A stretch of 64,000 nucleotides of DNA from a virus, in the IMG/VR virus record IMGVR_UViG_3300042319_002356, positions 1-64,000 of that record; one strand, given 5' to 3'. The notes below the pieces were generated by a model. That model was not told the DNA's origin, searched no databases, and saw only the letters and a list, made by a program, of their open reading frames with translations. Shown here piece after piece: positions 60,154-64,000 of the stretch (position 1 is its first letter; each line of letters opens with the position of its first letter). Both the position numbers and the translations under genes were made by a program.

Positions 60154-60897
60154 ATGGAGACAAAAATATGTAAAACTAAACGAGTCAATTTTACAGCGTG
60201 TGGAATTGAAAAAACGGTTAATGAATTTTATAAGGGTAGTTCATTATGTAAGACGTGTTCAAAAAAACTTAATGATTTAAGAGGTAAAGATTACTTCAGG
60301 AAAAAATCAAAAGAAAATTGGGAAAAGAATAAAGAATATTACCGACAAAAATCAAAAGAGTATAGGGAAAAAAATAAAGAGTATTTTCAAAAATATAGAG
60401 ATGATAATAAAGAATACATTAGGGATAGATATAAAGAATATTACTCTGAAAATAATGAAAAAGTTGGTGAAAAAAATAAAAAATGGAGGGAAGAAAATAT
60501 TGAAAAACACAAAGAATATAATAGAAAATCTGCTCAGAAAAGTAGAAAGGAAAATCCTGAAAAACACCGATGGAGATATCTATTAAAGGAAACTTTGAAA
60601 AAAATAAAAAAAGATAAAGATGATAAAACAATAGTTTTATTAGGATATTCCCCCGAAGAACTTAAAAAATACTTAGAAACTTTATCTTCGGATTGGGTTA
60701 AGTATGAAATTGACCATAAAATACCAATAACGTGGTTTAAAGAAGATACACCAGCATCTGTGGTTAATGATTTTAGAAATTTACAGTTATTAACTAAAAG
60801 TGAAAATAATAAAAAAAGAAATTTTTGGATGAGTGATGTTGATGATGTATATTTGAATGAAATTAAAAACTATATTAAAGAAAAACATATAATATAA
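60154..60897 (+). CDS. HNH-type homing endonuclease-like protein
   Basis: N-terminal Cys cluster, YRE.NKE charged repeats, C-terminal EIDHKIP...NLQLLTKSENNKK. Confidence 0.7.
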   Translation: METKICKTKRVNFTACGIEKTVNEFYKGSSLCKTCSKKLNDLRGKDYFRKKSKENWEKNKEYYRQKSKEYREKNKEYFQKYRDDNKEYIRDRYKEYYSENNEKVGEKNKKWREENIEKHKEYNRKSAQKSRKENPEKHRWRYLLKETLKKIKKDKDDKTIVLLGYSPEELKKYLETLSSDWVKYEIDHKIPITWFKEDTPASVVNDFRNLQLLTKSENNKKRNFWMSDVDDVYLNEIKNYIKEKHII

Positions 60898-61469
60898 TGC
60901 GCATTATACTACTTGACCACGATGGAGTTATCTGTTTATCAGGTAATTGGGGGTCACGATTTAAGAAACAACAAAAGGAGAGAAAGAAGTTGAGTCAGGA
61001 CGTTATGTCAATGCCAGTTGATGCTCGTTTTGATAACTTTGACAAGAAGGCAATCAAGGTACTGAACAAAATCTTGGAACAGACCGGAGCTGAAATTGTT
61101 GTTTCATCTGATTGGAAAAATTGGTGTACAGTTGAAGAAATGGGTGATTACTACGAAAGACAGGGTATCATCAAACGACCAATTGATTTCACAGGAAACA
61201 ACATTGATGGTGAGAAAGTTACCTGGCACCGAAATTGGGATTTGGAAGGAACAAGAAGTATTCAGATTCAAGATTGGTTAAAGGAACATCCTGAAGTTAC
61301 ACATTGGGTTGCTATTGATGACTTGAATATGGCAAAGACTGGACTTCACTACTCAATGGAATTTGAACACGAATGGGCGTTAGATAACTTTGTACATACG
61401 CCAATGAATAATGAGGGTATCAAGCAAGTTGGAGTTAAAGAAAAAGTGTTAAAATTTTTGGTAGGTTAA
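60897..61469 (+). CDS. HAD phosphatase (Swiss-Army-knife RNA-repair-like HAD family)
   Basis: LDHDGV, IVVSSDW, R...I..WL, WVAIDD. Confidence 0.8.
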   Translation: MRIILLDHDGVICLSGNWGSRFKKQQKERKKLSQDVMSMPVDARFDNFDKKAIKVLNKILEQTGAEIVVSSDWKNWCTVEEMGDYYERQGIIKRPIDFTGNNIDGEKVTWHRNWDLEGTRSIQIQDWLKEHPEVTHWVAIDDLNMAKTGLHYSMEFEHEWALDNFVHTPMNNEGIKQVGVKEKVLKFLVG

Positions 61470-61487
61470 AAAAAAGTATTACATTTG
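61457..61487 (+). promoter_or_regulatory. Bacteroidota-type promoter
   Basis: TTTG-N19-TACATTTG. Confidence 0.65.
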
Positions 61488-61503
61488 TAAAAAAATAAAC
61501 GAT

Positions 61504-61701
61504 ATGATACCAGTTATTGAAAAAGGAATTATTTCTGAACCTGAATTGATGGATTTCATTATGGGATATAAGAAATTAGTTAAAGCTAACATTATGAGTG
61601 AAACAAATTTCCAAATTGTTATGGAAGGTTTGGGTATTCAGATTGGATATAAAGGTGAAATTATTTTGGATGAAAATAATGTCTACATATTGTCGGAATA
61701 A
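61504..61701 (+). CDS. Hypothetical protein
   Basis: 65-aa ORF after a TACATTTG promoter. Confidence 0.5.
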   Translation: MIPVIEKGIISEPELMDFIMGYKKLVKANIMSETNFQIVMEGLGIQIGYKGEIILDENNVYILSE

Positions 61702-61728
61702 AAAATTCGTTGTATATTTGTAAAAGAA

Positions 61729-62124
61729 ATGAAAACACAAAAAATGAGTATTATGAGTAAAAAAGGTAAAAACAAAAATCAAAACGCTGAGTTGATTGAG
61801 CGTCTTAATGAAATCCAATCACAATTGAATGAAGTAAAAGTTGACGCAGGAGTTGAAGAAACTGAATTCACATTCACAAAAGAACAACTTGAAAACTTCT
61901 TAGTTGAGTACACAAACAAAATTAATGATTATATCTTTGATGAAATGTTTCGGTCACTTGATTCTGATGAAATTGTGTCTATTGATGTTGATGGTCGTGA
62001 GATTAACACTTACGTTGATGAAGACAAATTGAGAGATGCGTTTGTCACGGCAACTGAATCTGTTGAAACTGATACTATAATGGAATATGCTGACGAAGCA
62101 ATGTCCGAAGTCGGAGTAGACTAA
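61729..62124 (+). CDS. Acidic hypothetical protein
   Basis: 131-aa ORF after TATATTTG. Confidence 0.6.
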   Translation: MKTQKMSIMSKKGKNKNQNAELIERLNEIQSQLNEVKVDAGVEETEFTFTKEQLENFLVEYTNKINDYIFDEMFRSLDSDEIVSIDVDGREINTYVDEDKLRDAFVTATESVETDTIMEYADEAMSEVGVD

Positions 62125-62686
62125 TTTGTAAAGAAGACCCCACAATACCGTTTATCTGCGGTTGGACAGTGTGAACCTGGCTTGAAGGCTCCAAGGCTAT
62201 GGGGGAGGCTACACAGAACGTGAAATACATATAGCACTACTTAATCGGTGTTAATTGGTTTGGGGAAGTTCAACCAAGTATGATAGGGAACAATGAATTA
62301 GATACCCTCGTTATGGATTAAAAGGGTTAGGGGCTTTAAGTAGTCGTGTCGTAATCCACAAGTCGTAAGAACACTAGACAATCTTACGATATACACTCTT
62401 CTTCCGAGTGAGGTTAACCAAGTAACTATGGTGACAGGGCGAAGATGTCTTGAGGGTAACACTGAGCGCCTTGACCGAGAAGCTTATGACTAATTTGATT
62501 AAGTGAGTAGGGACAGGACGGAGTGTGAGAGTATAGGTCCTCGGTGGACGGTTACTATGGTCCCACTCTCTTGGGGCATATCCGAGGAAATACTACTGAT
62601 GGTAAAATACTACTAACCAAAGGTCGTCTCGTGAATTACCCACGGACAGGGAAGACGACCTTTAACTTTTTAAAAAGAATAAAACA
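62125..62686 (+). ncRNA. Putative large structured non-coding RNA (family unassigned; strand inferred from flanking genes)
   Basis: Only long ORF-free gap in the window; ~45% GC by hand count over 62161-62640; many complementary stems. Confidence 0.6.
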
Positions 62687-62911
62687 ATGGCGGCAAAATC
62701 AAAACATTATTTGGACGTATTGAGTTGGGTTAAATCGGTTATCAAATCAATTGACCATCCGTTACAAGACGCAACTGCAAAAAGACTCATCGGAAATTAT
62801 TTTGAAATGTATGGAGATAAGTTTACACTCAAGGAGAAAATTCAGATTGGGATGGATTTGAGGATGGAACTTGACGCTGTGGTATATAAAAAAACAAAAC
62901 AATCAATATGA
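62687..62911 (+). CDS. Hypothetical protein
   Basis: 74 aa, ATGA-coupled to clpP. Confidence 0.6.
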   Translation: MAAKSKHYLDVLSWVKSVIKSIDHPLQDATAKRLIGNYFEMYGDKFTLKEKIQIGMDLRMELDAVVYKKTKQSI

Positions 62912-63630
62912 ATTACGGAAAAGAATTTAGAAAATTCGCAATGAGTGAGGGAATTTCCTCATTAAGTCTTGACAGCTTTGAAAACTCCTTAACACCTTAT
63001 GTGTTGGAAGAAAGGGAGATGAGAGCAACACAGATTGACATCTTCTCAAGATTAATGAGAGAAAGAATTTTATGGGTATCAGGACCCGTTAACCAAAGAA
63101 TGTCAGACATTGTCCAAGCACAATTGTTATTCTTGGATTCAGTGGAGAAACGAGACATTACATTATATATTAACTCACCTGGTGGTTCAGTTCTATGTGG
63201 ACTCGGAATCGTGGATTTGATGAATTACATTAAGTCAGATGTTGCAACAACCAATATTGGAATGTGTGCATCAATGGGTTCAGTATTATTGTCATCAGGA
63301 ACAAAAGGAAAGCGTTCATCCCTTGTTTATTCAAAGGTGATGACCCACCAGGTGAGTCATGGAACACATGGAAATGTTCAAGACACACGTATTAACCAAT
63401 TGGAAGCTGAAAAATACAATTACATTTTGTTTAAGATGTTGGCTGAAAATTGTGGAAAGTCATTTGATGAAGTATTAGAATTCTCAAGACGAGACAGATG
63501 GTATACATCAGATGAAGCAAAAGAATTTGGATTGATTGATGAAGTAATCAAAACTGAAGGAACCAAATCAATCACGGAAATGTTGGAAGGGTTTGACGAC
63601 TACTACAACAAGGAAGTGATGTCTAAATAA
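62908..63630 (+). CDS. clpP: ATP-dependent Clp protease proteolytic subunit
   Basis: DIFSRLMRERI, AQLLFL, YINSPGGSV, catalytic Ser CASMGS, His MTHQ, RDRW...EAKEFGLIDEV. Confidence 0.95.
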   Translation: MNYGKEFRKFAMSEGISSLSLDSFENSLTPYVLEEREMRATQIDIFSRLMRERILWVSGPVNQRMSDIVQAQLLFLDSVEKRDITLYINSPGGSVLCGLGIVDLMNYIKSDVATTNIGMCASMGSVLLSSGTKGKRSSLVYSKVMTHQVSHGTHGNVQDTRINQLEAEKYNYILFKMLAENCGKSFDEVLEFSRRDRWYTSDEAKEFGLIDEVIKTEGTKSITEMLEGFDDYYNKEVMSK

Positions 63631-63660
63631 AAAAGAGGGTGGAAACACCCTTTTTTTATT
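63628..63660 (+). terminator. Rho-independent terminator
   Basis: agggtg-gaaa-caccct followed by a T run. Confidence 0.85.
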
Positions 63661-63708
63661 TTATAGTGTAACTTTTTGATATTTATGTAGTACACTGATG
63701 AACCTCAC

Positions 63709-64000
63709 ATGGAAAAGACTTTACTCTCATACGAAGGAAATATTACAACTGAATATATTGACAGTGTGGTTGAGTATGTTAATACATTGGATGAAAAACC
63801 GGCATTAATTAGAAAGATTTGTTTTTTAATTGTTGAAGTTTTACAAAATGTATTCCACCATTCAGATAAGAATGAACATGGAAATACTTTCGCATATTTC
63901 CAATTAATTAAGGATGATACTTATATAATAAAAACCGGAAATTTAATCTCAAAAGAAAAAACCGAAGGGTTAGAAAAAAGATTAGAATGTGTCGTGAGTT
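63709..64000 (+). CDS. SiaB/DUF6272-like GHKL protein kinase (3'-truncated, not in track)
   Basis: Manual translation MEKTLLSYEGNIT...RKICFLIVEVLQNVFHHS...YIIKTGNLI...LEKRLE matches the SiaB-family Y.G / E..QN..HH / TGN pattern. Confidence 0.65.
   Translation, partial: MEKTLLSYEGNITTEYIDSVVEYVNTLDEKPALIRKICFLIVEVLQNVFHHSDKNEHGNTFAYFQLIKDDTYIIKTGNLISKEKTEGLEKRLECVVS

Noticed and set aside
60154-60897. HNH gene as part of a self-splicing intron
   Set aside because: Flanks are short and AT-rich with no structured intron sequence and no interrupted gene; it appears free-standing.
62125-62686. tRNA, tmRNA, RNase P, hammerhead or group I/II intron identity for the structured region
   Set aside because: No T-loop GTTCRA cloverleaf or CCA end. 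The gaggaaa and acagaac fragments lack the rest of RNase P P4 and are in the wrong order. ctgatgg is not the hammerhead CTGANGA core. Flanking genes look complete, so there are no exons.
1-64000. Stop-codon reassignment as seen in some huge phages
   Set aside because: Recognisable genes (dnaK, clpP, sbcC, GSII, sigma) are full length under the standard code.
1-64000. Cellular (bacterial chromosome) origin suggested by dnaK, dnaJ, clpP, rpoD-like and GS genes
   Set aside because: These genes are scattered among phage-type replication, tail-collar-like, Rnl1, DUF3310, DUF932 and many small orphan genes, without their usual chromosomal operon partners (grpE, clpX, tig).

Overview
AT-rich, gene-dense, almost entirely +strand segment that reads as part of a very large (jumbo/huge) tailed phage, probably infecting Bacteroidota. 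The host call rests on the recurrent TTTG-N19/20-TAnnTTTG promoters and a Bacteroidota-type RpoD. In order: (1) virion surface/tail genes, including a >2,900-aa BspA/DUF285 plus Thr-Pro/Cys repeat protein that begins before the window, and a tail-collar-like protein; (2) replication/recombination genes (RuvC-like resolvase, primase, PD-(D/E)XK nuclease, SbcD/SbcC-like pair) and a sigma70; (3) a possible lysis trio and Glu/Lys-rich putative head proteins; (4) Hc1 histone-like protein, DnaJ, Dam-family methylase, DUF932; (5) an RNA-repair-type cluster (AEP-like protein, Rnl1 ligase, phosphoesterase, P-loop kinase); (6) a terminator-bounded six-gene signalling cassette with two paralogous histidine kinases, a secreted protein, a stand-alone receiver and two 2-TM membrane proteins; (7) thioredoxin, glutaredoxin, glutamine synthetase II, thioesterase, UVR protein, DnaK, HNH, HAD; (8) a ~560-nt GC-elevated, hairpin-rich non-coding element; (9) ClpP and a truncated SiaB-like kinase. 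The best candidates for undescribed biology are the phage-encoded phosphorelay cassette with membrane (holin-like) rather than DNA-binding output (41092-45824) and the large structured RNA (62125-62686). All family assignments come from motif recognition by eye; no database searches were run.
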